Shown: in pieces, positions 37,314-50,603 of the stretch
Layout of the letters: each line of letters opens with the position of its first letter
Numbering within the stretch: the first letter of the stretch is position 1
Assembly (NCBI GenBank): GCA_002633005.1
Contig: NMRA01000821.1
Span: 56,274 to 120,273, forward strand
Origin: Phoronis australis
Lineage: Eukaryota > Animalia > Phoronida
DNA: 64,000 bases
Reading direction: 5' to 3'
Notes under the pieces: model-generated
What the model was told of the DNA's origin: nothing
Databases searched by the model: none
The model's input: the letters and a program-made list of their open reading frames with translations, nothing else
Made by a program: the position numbers and the translations under genes

Positions 37314-40300
37314 CTAGTAGACAGCTGTTTCTGTCAAATCAATATCACTGACACCAAGGAAGCGTTTAAAATCCAGTCTGGACAAGTCTATAGTCCTGTA
37401 CTCTCCATGGACGATAAGTTCCATCAAGGCTCGACCAATGGGGATAATGTGTTGAAGGCCGTGACCGCTAGAACCGTTGGCAAAGAATATCTGTTTGAAG
37501 AATGGATGCTGCCCAATGATGAGATTCTGGTCGACGTAGTTGTAGTCATAGTAACCAGCCCAGGAATGCTTCACCTGTGGGGAACGATTAAAAACCAAAT
37601 TTTCTTACAATAAGCAATGGCAACTCAAGAAAGTTTTATATAGTGTGATGGGAAATTTGCCATTGGTGAAAGACTGTCTTTGTCCAACATACCCCACCAT
37701 CACCAACTCTGCAGTCACTACCAATTCTGACTCCTCAATCATTAATTCTACAGCAGTTCTGCACTTATGTCACACAAAAGTAAAATTTGTGAAAATCACA
37801 ATTTTTCAAAGGACGATTACCTCAATGCAAATAAAGGAAACTTTGCCAAATTTTGTTCAACGACATCATTCAATCAAACCAAGTAAAAGTTAGACTAAAC
37901 TTTTGTAAATGTTCATTGTCAAAATTTCGAAGCGTAATTTTCTCCGTCTTTCATATCCCCTGAACCCACGCCTGAATAGAGCAACTTCCACACAACACAC
38001 CTGACACACACCAACGTCATACTCCATATATACTTTAAAGGACGCAAATGTATGAACAAATCCTAATTTTCACAGGATCTGTAACCATATCCCTAAAATG
38101 AGTGCCAAGCCACTAGATGACGCTTTATTGTGTTTAACACTACCTCTATCATCTGCAATGTCTGTTTGGAAAAATTTGAGACCAACTCCATAACAGTCTG
38201 TGTCTGAACCAAACATTACCTTTGACAAGAGGTGGGTTTATAGCAAGTTTCATCAGAATTTATACAAGAACTTGAGACTAAACTGCAGTGAAGTTACTCT
38301 TAGAATTAAGAATTTGACCTTCGACCCATGCTTGATGATTTACTCGACTACCTTAAGATTCTCCATCACTGAAATCCTGTGGGCCATCTGTGGCCACATC
38401 TTCTGTTCAAAGTAGTCGTAGTCAACATCTAAGTTATCTATGGAGGGCTCTTCCTCCTCGGAGGGTGCCAGGCAGGACAGGTACATGTTACCCAAACCCT
38501 CTCTGCGTACAGCCAACCCGGACCTGGTGTCTATTACAAACGGCATCTCCAGGCCTGGGCCATTGGGGCAGTGTGTCACAAACACGTAGCGCTTTCTGGA
38601 ACAATTGGATCAAAAGTTTAATTAGTAAATATAATAATTGCCACATATAAGCTCTGTATATAAAATATCAGATCAGCACAGAACATTTGTACCAGTATAC
38701 ACAGCAGTGGCAGTAACAGTATTGTCCACCAACGAATAAGTATTTGTTTATTTCGTGGACCTGAATGCTGCGTCACTGGTTCTCGTTGATCCCCAAGGCG
38801 ATACCATTAAATTAGGGGGTGTACCCATTCAATTTTTTGCTGCTTTTGGAATCTTGACTTAAAACTTTTAATAAGTGCACAATTCAGAAAGTCCTATGGT
38901 GCAATTATCCTGTCTATTACAAACACTGAGAACGACATTTTGAGAACCAGTTTCCTCCACTGAATAATTGGCATCAACTGGTTCTCAAAATTTGAGCACG
39001 TTAATTCGGAGTATTGCCCTGAGCACATTCTTACCAGGACTCAGCATCCCCGAGCCATTTACCACTCACCTGGGTTCAACAGGTAGAGGGACAGTCAACT
39101 CCTGCACCACAGTGTCTTTGTTACCAATACCAGCCATACGGGCGACCTCACCTGCCCAGGCTCCCGCACATACAACACAGGCTGCAAACTTCACTGGCTG
39201 AATGTCACCACTGGGCAATTTCACCTGCACAGAGAAGACAGTGAGTAATATTGAGTGTTTTGATACTAACAGTAAAATTTCTTCAAACTGGAACAAAACA
39301 ATTGCCAAGCACGTTTCAAGTTCATAGTTATTGGAGAAATAGCCAAAATGATTTTGAAGTTTTACTAATTTTCTGACCAGAAGATAATTATCTCTACACC
39401 TGAAAGTATGCTACAACATATCAATGTTGAATATCAAAAATTATGACATTTCAATTGGGTATTTTATTCAGAATTGCTTTGCATGAATTCTGAAGGAACA
39501 AATGCCCAAATACACCATTAACAACCCACCAGGGCGTGTCTTGGGCTGTCAATCATGTGTCGTTTGCCGCTGTGGATGTACTCGACATTCTCATGATCGA
39601 ATCCAATCACCTCTCCATTGATGTACTGTGCCCCGAGTGACGTGGCCTTTTGACGTAGGCCTTGAAGTAACGACCAACCGTCGAACCAGCCTTCGTTCTG
39701 TGTCCCTGAAGAAGTGTTGTGAAAGAGGAAGCATGATTTTTCAAAATAAATAAATGTCTTTCAAACAATACATGCACAATTAATCATAGTTAATTTAGAT
39801 ATTCCATAGCAAAAATTACTACAAAGTATTCATCAACAACTATTTTGAAAATAATAACCAAGAAACTCACAAAATCGACGTAACCACGTCTGCTTTGACA
39901 CTCAGCAAGTCGTGTAACTGATATAAGTGTTTTGCAAATTCCGAACAGAACATGCGCGCACCCAGGGGGAGGGAGGTGCTTGGGGGCTTCAACGAGGCCT
40001 CCCACTCGGCAATGTGGGCAGGAACTACCAAAATTCGGTGAATGCACAATTCATAGCTCTGAACGTATCCCGTGAATCTTAGTAAAAGGTCCACATTCTT
40101 GGAAATTTGAGACCCCAATTTTTAGGCTGTGCACGCACATGCATAGAAAAAAATCTCACGCGCTATGAATATGCTTCATCACCTCATTGTTATATACTCC
40201 ACTATGCTGTAAATAAAATGCCAAAATGTTTTATAGTATAATTATATTTATGGTACACCACAGATGATTGGTCAACACACAAATAGAACAGAGCAGCATG

Positions 40301-43300
40301 GTATGCGATGCAGAACAAACTCAGAGTTAACCTGAGTAAAGTAACTTGCATGTTAGTCCCAAAAACAAACTGTAATTATTAAGATCAACAGTATTTACCA
40401 AACTAAATATGTTACATGAACAATGCAAAGATGACTTTGTTGGCAAAAACACTAATGCAAGGCACACAGTGTGAAAACTTAACTGCAAAATAAGCGGTAT
40501 TGTGAGAACCACTTGACGCCTATTATTCAGTGGAGAAAACTAGTTCTCAAAATACGGCCACGTTATATCCGATATGCGACAATTAGTACCAAATAAACTG
40601 TAACATCTAATACAGGAGAGGAATAAAAGGTCATTCAAAAATAAATGAAGGAGTGGTTAGGTGAAGAGTAATAACACGGAATTACTACATGACAGGTATA
40701 AGGCATAACAACATTGCATGAAACTCTAATGGACAAAAGTGATATTCTACTGCAACCATCATTTCCATTTCATTAACTTCCCATAAGATGCGAGTCTAAA
40801 TGAGACAGAGTTTATCAGAGATCTGATGTGTGAGTACTTGTTTCTTGTTGTAAGACCCTACATTTCGTGGCTTCCCTATTTCAGTGAGACAAAATACAAT
40901 TTGATCTGTAACAAAACATACCATAGGTTGCAAGCTCCACGTCGTCAGTATTCAGCCAAGGAAACTTCTCCTTCAGCTGTGAGGCAGTTAACAGCTTGAC
41001 CTTAGCGCCCTCTGACCTGCAGAAATTTGCACATTATAATGAGCTACATCTCCGGGTCAAAGGTCAACACAGAATACCATGTCAGTGTTCCTTGCCCACA
41101 TGTCAAACTTGTTTCATGAAATTCACACTGACGTAACATACGTGTGGCACAGTTAGAACACAGCATGAGGAAAACCTAATTGTAATTCATAAGCGCCAGA
41201 TGAGGTTTATTCTCAAGTCATACAATTTCAGACAAAACCTGTAAATACCTGGCAGTTATCACTTTTCGTTGACAAACTCTTAAAAAAAGTGGCTGTTTAT
41301 CCAACAAATATCATAGTGCAAGTCAGAAATGCACAAATCTTTCTCCCAAATGAGCCATGTAGTGAAGGACATTAAATATCAAAAGCATGTAACAAATCCA
41401 TTAACAAACATCAAACTTCGAATGTAACAGAAAAATAATTTTCTCGGTGACATAAAATTCTCTCACATACATGTATAAGTCATATTTCTTCTTCAGACCT
41501 TCAGCACCATTACTATCAGCCACAAACAGGTATCCTCCTGGGTTGAATTGAACATCTGGAGGGGGCTCACCTACATGAACATTTCAGGCACAATATATGG
41601 TTGTAAATCGGCTACAGTACAACTGAGGTTAAAGGTCAGAACTAAAAGCACAGACTTTCATATACTATGCATTCGACAAAGAAAAGATAAGTGGTGACTG
41701 CATAGATTGATTTATTTTTCGAGCCACCCACCAAATAACACAAATATGTGTGAACACCACAGTGCCACCTGGTGAACTTCCCATGAACTCTTCATATCAC
41801 ATTGATGATGAGAATAGTGCTACCTTTTCAAACAAAACATGTTCAAACTAACCTTTAAAAACAGCGTAAGAGTACAGCAGTTGTTCATCCTATGGTGATA
41901 CATCAAACATCATAGGCAAAAGTTACCAACATCCTCACAATTTTGACCAGAAAATTTGTGTCAGATCAATTTTCACAATCTCATCAATAGATTGAGTGCT
42001 GACTAAGAAACGTAGTTGAGAGTCCAGCCTTATTGATCAGGTCAACAAGCTACCTATCAATCATATTTGAATGAGCAACCGTGTATCCAGAGGAAATTTA
42101 GTGACTTTTCAGTTATAAATATCTGAATCCAAGCTCGACTGGAATTTCAACATTCATGAGCGTGTTCACACTATGAGGAGTTTGTGCGTTAATTCTTGGA
42201 ATAAATGCATTGAAGCGGTACCAAAAGTCCAAAATGGCCTAACTTGCTTAAGTAGTGACTAATCGCCCAATGCCTCAAACTCGTTGCATAGGTTTTCAAA
42301 CTCGGCGGATGTAAGCTAAACTAGTCGAGGCAAAAATCAAACTCGACACAGTTATATGTCAATACATGTTGTGGAAAACACTTTAATCTTCAGCTGCAGA
42401 CTCTATAGCTCAACAGAAGAGCACTGCATGCTTAACACACTATTACCTTCCACTACCAAATATTCCTTGTGTTTCCTCAGGAACTCTGCAGTGAACATGG
42501 ACATCTGTATATTCTCCCCCTGAGAGAACTGTTGTCTAAGACCTCCAGCAGACAGAGTGGTGGACGCCCTGGTGTACTGAAATAGAAAGGACCTCATTGA
42601 TGACAGAGTAGACATTAAAAGGACACTAAACCCTGTTTTGAGGATTTCCACAAATTCTCGTTCTGGCACCTGCTAATGCATCATTGGCGTAAGTTAAAGG
42701 CAGGACTCAATTAAAAATCAAACTCCTTTGTCACAGTTTGGACATTATGGTCCTTGTTGGGTGGTCTTTTCCCACAGTTACTGTGTAATTTACTAAAAGT
42801 TGAGGCCACGCTTGCCCATTTAGGAGACTTTTAAAGGAGTTTATAATTTTTCCTACAAACTTTTGAGGGTTGCAGAGGGTTACAGAGAATTGTTTTGTTT
42901 CAGAGAACTGGATCGGAGAGTACTTTTTAGTAACTGTTAACAGGTCAAAACAGGGTTTGGTATCTTTTTAACAAAGTGTACTGGATCAGTAATCTCACGT
43001 TTAAGTTATGTAGGACCATATGAACATGTTTGAGTATTTAGGTTTGGTACCCTGATTTGACGAGATATTGTTACGAACAACCTAAATCAGACATCATCTT
43101 AATTCTTGGCGTAAAACCCAACCCATAATAATGTCACCAATGTAGGAATCAGAAACACACAATTATATTTAATAATAATAAAATAATAAATAAAATACTA
43201 TATTGAAGCAGACACTTGACGTTGGAATAATTGAAAAATGAGACTAAACTACAGTGATTTAACAAATTGTTATAAGTGATAGGTGGCACCACAATCTGTC

Positions 43301-45324
43301 TTCAAAGAGGAGAAAACTGGATTCAATACCGTAGCTAAATGTAACCTGTTTAACAAAATAATTGTATAAACAACACAGTTCACAAGGTTACACAGCTTGG
43401 AGTTCAACATGTTGACAAGTCATGTGCTCCAACACAGTGTGATTTAAAATGGGACGAAGTTGTTTATAACTTTCTGGGGTAACAACGCGTCGACTTATTT
43501 TGCAAAATTATCTTCTATACTTTTATATTGTATTATTGTGCCTAAAATAAAAGCAAGTTTGCATGTTTACTCCACAGATGCAAGTGTGAGTAAAATAATG
43601 CTCGCTAGTTTTGGCTTTATATAGTGAAGGCAATAAGTTCCATATAAGTTACAAAAAGCACAGTCCAATGTTTGTATCTGGAATGATGACGAAGATTACA
43701 CGAGCGTAACAATCCCGTAAAGTTAATTCACTTTCATAGGCACCATGAAAAATTAACTCAATTCACCAATGCAACAGTGGTATTTGCTTCACTGAGTTGA
43801 CACTACACTGGAAAAATCAAATCATTCAGAAAAGCACTGTCTCAGTTTCAGATGTTGTACATGGTTTAGTGATAAAAAGATAAAGAATCAGCTGTTCCGA
43901 GAGAACACAGATAGTGTGAATTGTGTCTACATGGTGAGATCGGAGATGAGTACCATTTTCGGTGTCATTGTGAAATGCTGGAAAACCTTAGAGAATGTAC
44001 AATTACCAGAATCTTTTAAGGAAGATTGCAGTGCAATATTCTGAGATCCGATGAAACCCTAGCCTTAAATCAGGTGGCAATATATATTTTTTAGGAAACA
44101 AAGTAAGAAAACATTTTTCGCAAGAGGATTGATTGCATAATTGTTTGGTTATCTCTGTAGCAAATTGCCTGTGTTTGTTGAACATGAGTGTCTTTGAAAA
44201 ATTGTGAGTTAACAGTTTTGAAAGGCCGGTAACCTACACAATAACTACACTGGACTCACCGTACTGTCACGTTCAATAATAGCGACTGTGAACCCCCGTG
44301 GATTCAATTGTTTCAACCAATAGGCAACTGAAGAACCAATGCCACCGCCACCTGGGGGAAGACAAATGATTTAACATGAGTCATGTTCAGCAGTTTTGTC
44401 TGTATGTGCGTGAGTATGCAGCAAGATAAACTGGGCCCATTTTATTGAGAATACTGTTTTACAAGAGTTCATGCTTTGTTATAAGGAGTAACAATCCAAC
44501 CCAAAATAACAAGGAATGTTGTGGAACAATAGGATATTGTGAATCAGTGACTGCCCTCAAGTAAATCTCTCAGTTTATTCCTGTTCGGTGACCTGACAAA
44601 ATAGTGCTAATAAATGAAGGTCCCTCTTACAGACATTTGACCATTACTGAGAAAACAGCAAACCAGCACACCATGGGAATACTCATCATAATGATCAAGA
44701 CATTTCTATGGGAAGGCCCAGTGCTTCACTTGCAACACCTAGACACAGTAAATTCCAATTCTGCATTGGCTGACTATAATTACATCATGTATTTCACCAG
44801 ATACTCTCGGTTACAGACATTTCTTCCTACCAATAATTAGTACATCAATTTCCCTGGGACACTGCAGTACGCCTTTTGTATGCCCTCTCAACTCTGACTT
44901 GATAATCTTCCACGGGTCCTTGTATTCATCCACCCGAGGTAGACGTCGCCCTCCTCCTGAAACATCCAAGAGGAAAGTTTATAGTTTGAGCATACCTGTC
45001 AGCTAGGGTGACAGGTGAAATTGTCAAGCATCAGTGTTACCATTGGCAAAGATAGACTTCTAAACTTTAAAACCCTAAAAAAATAAATAAAGGCATGTGG
45101 ATTGAAACGCACTAATGACATTTTTCGGAAACCTTGTGTAAACTAAAAGAGCAATTGTGAAAGCCTGTAAATTAATTCTCAAGCCCCTAATTTATGATCT
45201 CTTAATCAACGAGAACTTGAAACCAGCCAATAGAGACATGACCTATTATTACATACTTCCTATACATACCTGAATAACAGCGACATGTTGTAGTGCTTAG
45301 ACTGCGCACAAGTCTCTTGAACAT
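37314..45324 (-). CDS. FOXRED1: FAD-dependent oxidoreductase domain-containing protein 1 (mitochondrial complex I assembly factor), ~477 aa, 10 exons
   Basis: Exons 45324-45270, 44956-44831, 44351-44260, 42576-42447, 41570-41471, 41016-40922, 39705-39530, 39224-39070, 38595-38352, 37574-37314 total 1434 nt in frame. Features: mitochondrial-type leader [18 protein letters not shown], Rossmann motif [68 protein letters not shown]. Confidence 0.95.
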
Positions 45325-45960
45325 GACGGCAGAGTGTTACGTAGTGCCCAAGACGTCACCAAAACTGAAATGACAAGCCTGTGAAATTTACAGCAAACAA
45401 AAAAAAACAATAAATATTACAGCAAACAAAAAAAAAACAATAATAAAACAAATATCTCGTTGCCCATGACTTCAATGACACTGGTCTACTCAGTGGAGTG
45501 TTTACCTGAATAGAATCTAGCCAGCCAGCTAAACCGCTTTGCATATCCAGATGTCATACTTTAGAAAAAATCCCATGTAAAACCTGTTTTATAGTGTACA
45601 ATGAGTTATGTTTTGTTGATGTAACCCTGTAACTTGTTATATGAGCCAGCTTGGCTGACCCACTTCAGGTAGTGTACTGCCTAGACATATACCCTGCCTG
45701 TAAATCACTATTTTCCTGCACAGTGTCGACATGCTTGACTCGGCCTTGACTGAGCTTGAAAGAAAGTACGCCAACTTACCGGGTCTATAGAATCTTGATG
45801 CAAACTCAAGTTGTCTCCACTGCTAATGCGAATGACAGTTTTGGCGACAGACTGTTAGACCCCCGATACGTTATTATAGTCTATGGTCAAATAAAGTCAA
45901 TACAGATGACCGTTTTCTCATGTGACTCGCTTCACTGTCTTTTACTGCTCATTGACGCAG

Positions 45961-48900
45961 GACCTAACAAACTACACCGGTAAGTGGCGACACCAAGCGG
46001 TCGTCAATGAAAATACAGCTCACCATCTATTGACCGCCCCACAAAATGCATGCTAACCCAAGACTTTTCAACTGTATGGTACGGGCCAGTCAGACAGGGC
46101 CTGCGGTCTCATCTCCTCGAAATCGAACACAAAATTATATTTATGACATAAGGTCTTCTCGAACTCAAGATACATGTTGACTCTTAAAATAGCGAACATT
46201 TTTCATGTCCACCCGTGGCCGGGTTTGCCCCGCGGCCGATAGCAAGCGGCGGGGGGGGGGGCGATATGCCCCTGAATCGTGATAACTTTTGCTGGCTTCT
46301 AGGGGAAACCGTAGCGACAGCTACAGGCGAAGGGCAGTCACGAAGCATTCAGAGGGTAGAAATTTAAATCCCTTTGTCAACTACCAGTCTCATCATTTAG
46401 GGGCTATAGACCTACCCAGGATATTTTTGTTAGTAACAGATTTTTATATACTGCCAGTGTTGGATTTTTTGTAATTGCACATAAAAATGTTTTCTAAGTT
46501 GATCATATATACCCCGAAAAAGTCCGGAAAACTTAGTTTTGCAGGATAAATTGATTCGTTTTTTTTATATTCAGAGACGCAACATTAGGGACCCTCTTGG
46601 GGTAAGCGTTAACGGAATCACCATTCTGACGTTATTCCGTTTTTTTAGTTGAATATCAGTTGGATCCAAATTCAGAGCCTGACAAACAGGGGCTCTTTTG
46701 GCGCCATCAATTGCAGTCCGTTTCCTGATTTTCACTGAAATTATGTCGGCCGGCTTTTAGGGCCGTTCATGACACCCATAAACACCCTAAAAAAGACATC
46801 CCCTCATCTAAAGGGGGCACTCACAGAAGATCACCCGATACTAACTATCACTTAATAACGTAAACTTTCGTATAAAAGAGCTTCCTTTCTGACGAAGTAG
46901 ACCCTGTCTCGTCACTGAAGGGAGCCCCGCATGACAATCGTCTCTTTGCCCCGCTACGAGCCCGGGGCGAGGGGACGTGGAAAACATTTGAAAGTGGTCG
47001 AAAAAACACAGAACATTTACCATTCAATCACTTCGAACTCAGTATAATATGCGATCCAGGCCACTAAACAACCATGCAAATTACTTGAAATTTGTTGAAA
47101 ATAGAATATTTACAATAATAATAATGATGATATTGTTAATGATAATGGTAATGATAAAGAAAATAAACTTTATTTATAGAGGATAAAATACAATACAATA
47201 AAAAATGCTTTAGCCATGAAAGGCTAGTAATATGCAGCACGGTCCTCTCAAAGCAATAAATCAAAATAAATAGATTAACTTAGATTAGTTAAATTAACTT
47301 TAAAATTAAAACCATTTAAATGAATACCCAAAAATTAAATTGACAAATAGAATTAAAAATAAATTATACATTAGCACTGACCACCATCGAGAGGCGGGAA
47401 ATTTTCACTAGGCTATTTGTGCAAATCATAGGAAGACAGTCGACGCGCTTTGAGCAGTCGTAAACAACGAGCGTGGTTTCTGGAGCGCAAGTTCAGCTTT
47501 AACAGGCTACCACTGGAACTAAGCAGAACTCACGGTAACACGAAGAAATTTTGAGAATTTCTTGGGGGTAGGGTGCCCAAGGTCACCGTCTCATGGTCTG
47601 CCGTTGCCAACCAAGGAGCTGCTTACTGGACCTAACTAACTACACCGGTAAGTGGCGCCACCAAGCAGTCGCCAATGAAAATACAGCTCACCGCCTCTTG
47701 ACGACAAAATACATGCTGAACTCGGACTTTTTAACAGGTACGGGCCAGTCAGGCAGCACCTGCGGTCTCATCTTCTTGAAATCGAACACAAAATTCTGCT
47801 TACGACATTTGTGTCTTATTTCTACTCGAACTTAAGGTACATGCCCGAGTACATTGGTACATATGCATGCAGGCCGTTGGGAAGCGGCGGGGGGGGGCAA
47901 ATGTCCCCAAGTCATGATAACTTTCGCAGGCCTCGAAGTGAAACCGTAGTGACCGGTACAGGCGTAGGCAGTCACGATACAAGCAGACAGGAGAAATTTA
48001 AAACGAATGTCAACTACCAGTCACATCATTTAATATATTTTTGTTAGGAGCAGAACTTTATTTGTGGCCGCTGTTGGATTTTTTTCTAAATGCATATAAA
48101 AATGTTTCTAAGTTGATCGTATACCTCGAAAAAGTCCGGAAAGCTTGGTACGCACAGGTTTTGCAGGATAAATTGATTCCGATTTTTATATTCAGAGATG
48201 CGACATTTACCAAGGGACCGTCTTGCACTAAGCGATAACGGAATCACCATTCTGTCGTTATTCCGTATTTTAATTGAATATCATTTGATCCAAATTGAGA
48301 GCCTGACACGGTAGATAGGGGATCTTTTGATGTTATCAATTGCAGCACGCTTCCTGATTTTCATGAAATCATGTTGACTTTTAGCCGGGGCTCCTGGCAG
48401 TTTTTGGCCAGGGCCCATTAATGTTTACCATAGCAACCCTTAAAACGACATCGCAGATAACATTTGAAAGTGATCGAAAATAATCAATAAACCAATACAA
48501 AGTATCAGATCATCCAGATATGTGACCCAGGAAAACAACCATGCAAATTATTTGAGCTTTTGCTGAAAATAGAACATTAATAAAAACAATACCAAAATAA
48601 TAAGAATAAACTTTATTTATAAAAGATAAAATACAATAGAATTAGAAACATGCTTTAGCCAAAGGCAAATATACAGAATGGTCCGCGCACAGCAATAAAT
48701 TAAATTAATTAACTTAATAGAATTTAAATGAATATTTACAAATTAAATTTAGAAATTGAATTAAAAATAAATTAAACCGAGAGGACAGAAATTTTCACTA
48801 TTTGTAACTCATACGAAGACAGTCGATGCACTTCGACAAAAAAATCATACTTTTTCCCAAAGAATTTAGAAAATGATAATTCTTTTAAGGATCGTTGTTA

Positions 48901-49212
48901 GAAAAGCATATGATTGTTGTTGATGAACAGGGAGTTGTTCGTACGAAACACGTACATGTCGATCAGACTGTCTTGGAATATTTTTTTTAATGACCAGGAG
49001 CAGTGTGCACGCTCAACGGATTAACTTGCTCTACGCATGTGTACTGGCAGTCGTAAACAAACAGTATGGTTTCTGGAGTGCAAGTTCGGCTGAAAAAGGC
49101 TACCACTGAAACTAACCAGAACTCACGGTAACTCGAACATATTCTGAGAATTTCCTAGGGGTAGGGTACCCAAGTAGTCTCATGGTCTGCCGTTGCCAAC
49201 CAAGGAGCTGCC
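45961..49212. repeat. Diverged head-to-tail tandem duplication of ~1.6 kb (45961-47628 vs 47629-49212)
   Basis: Both units start gacctaac.aactacaccggtaagtggcg and end tcatggtctgccgttgccaaccaaggagctgc. There is no N at the junction. Confidence 0.9.
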
Positions 49213-50453
49213 TGCATGTCTCAGAGAATTGCTTCAAATTACATATAACAGCGAACAACGCACTTCAAAAACATTTAAGGTGCGCTTTTTGTACCTTTAG
49301 TTTCAATAATTTGTTACCATGTGAGACCCCAACACGTTTGGGTTTATCATCTGATACCCTGTAAAACTTCACTGGTTTCTGATTTACATATTTGTATCGT
49401 TTCAACTAAAATGGAGTGGTTGAATTACTATTGTGTAGTTAATCATATAACAGATTTATGATGCTCCAGTGAACGTAGATACAGGCTGAGCTTTTGGGAA
49501 ATTCTATTATCCCAACCCCAAACAACAACGTGTACTACACATCTTTTTATCAGTCTGAAATTAACCCTCTTAATGTTTCGCTAAATGTTGACGTAGGTTG
49601 ATGAAATTCAATCAGTTGTACTTCAGTTGTCGTCACGTAGGTAAAATCCTAAAACACAACTTATTCACTAACGCAAAGCGGACTTATAATAGCTTTAAGT
49701 GAAATCAAACATTTGTTTTTAAACTATGTATTTTATATTCAATTAAAAAATGTCAATTGAAAACACGAGAAGCCCAGACAACTGGAAAACATCCCCATTA
49801 ACATTTTCGACAGTCTCATACATTAATTTGAAGAGGGATGATTCGATTTAAATTGCACGTGCGAGACACTTGATGGTGTTATCGGGTAAATATCAAAGTT
49901 CTTTTTGACGCAGTAAAAATTCCACAACAAAAACTCCATTAAATTTGACATTAGCGTAATTTTTTTGTGTAGCGCTTCTATTATGATTAATGAAGCGTTT
50001 CTGTTACAATATCATTTTTTGCATTTGACGCAGGAATACGAGAACGATAAGCTCTTGAATACACGGGAGTATCGATTTTCTACACTTTTGAAATCGTGTT
50101 TTGATCGGGGGGTTATTTTCAGGTAGGATTCAATTATTAGTTTCGTGAGTGTGTGTGGGAAAAACAGCCAAAGAGACGTAACACATTACAGGAGTACTGT
50201 GTGACGAATAAGCATTTGGGATCAAAAGAGAGTGCTGAACTGCCGAATTATATCGGTTAGTCGGCGTTAAGAAAGTGTAGCACGCGTGCCGTCAAAGAAT
50301 CGAACTTTTTATTTGGCCGCTTGCCGCAACAAAAATCGTCTCAAATTGTTCCTCAATCAGTTGAGATGTCACTTCTGGATTAGCAAAGAACTAACAATTC
50401 CTTACACGTTGAGGCAATGCTCGGCGATTCAAATGACACGACGCTACAAGCCA

Positions 50454-50603
50454 ACTTGTAGAAACTTGTAGAAACTTGTAGAAACTTGTGGAAACTTGTG
50501 GAAACTTGTAGAAACTTGTAGAAACTTGTAGAAACTTGTAGAAACTTGTAGAAACTTGTAGAAACTTGTAGAAACTTGTAGAAACTTGTAGAAACTTGTA
50601 GAA
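50454..50603. repeat. 10-bp tandem repeat (gaaacttgta)n
   Basis: About 15 near-perfect units. Confidence 0.97.
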
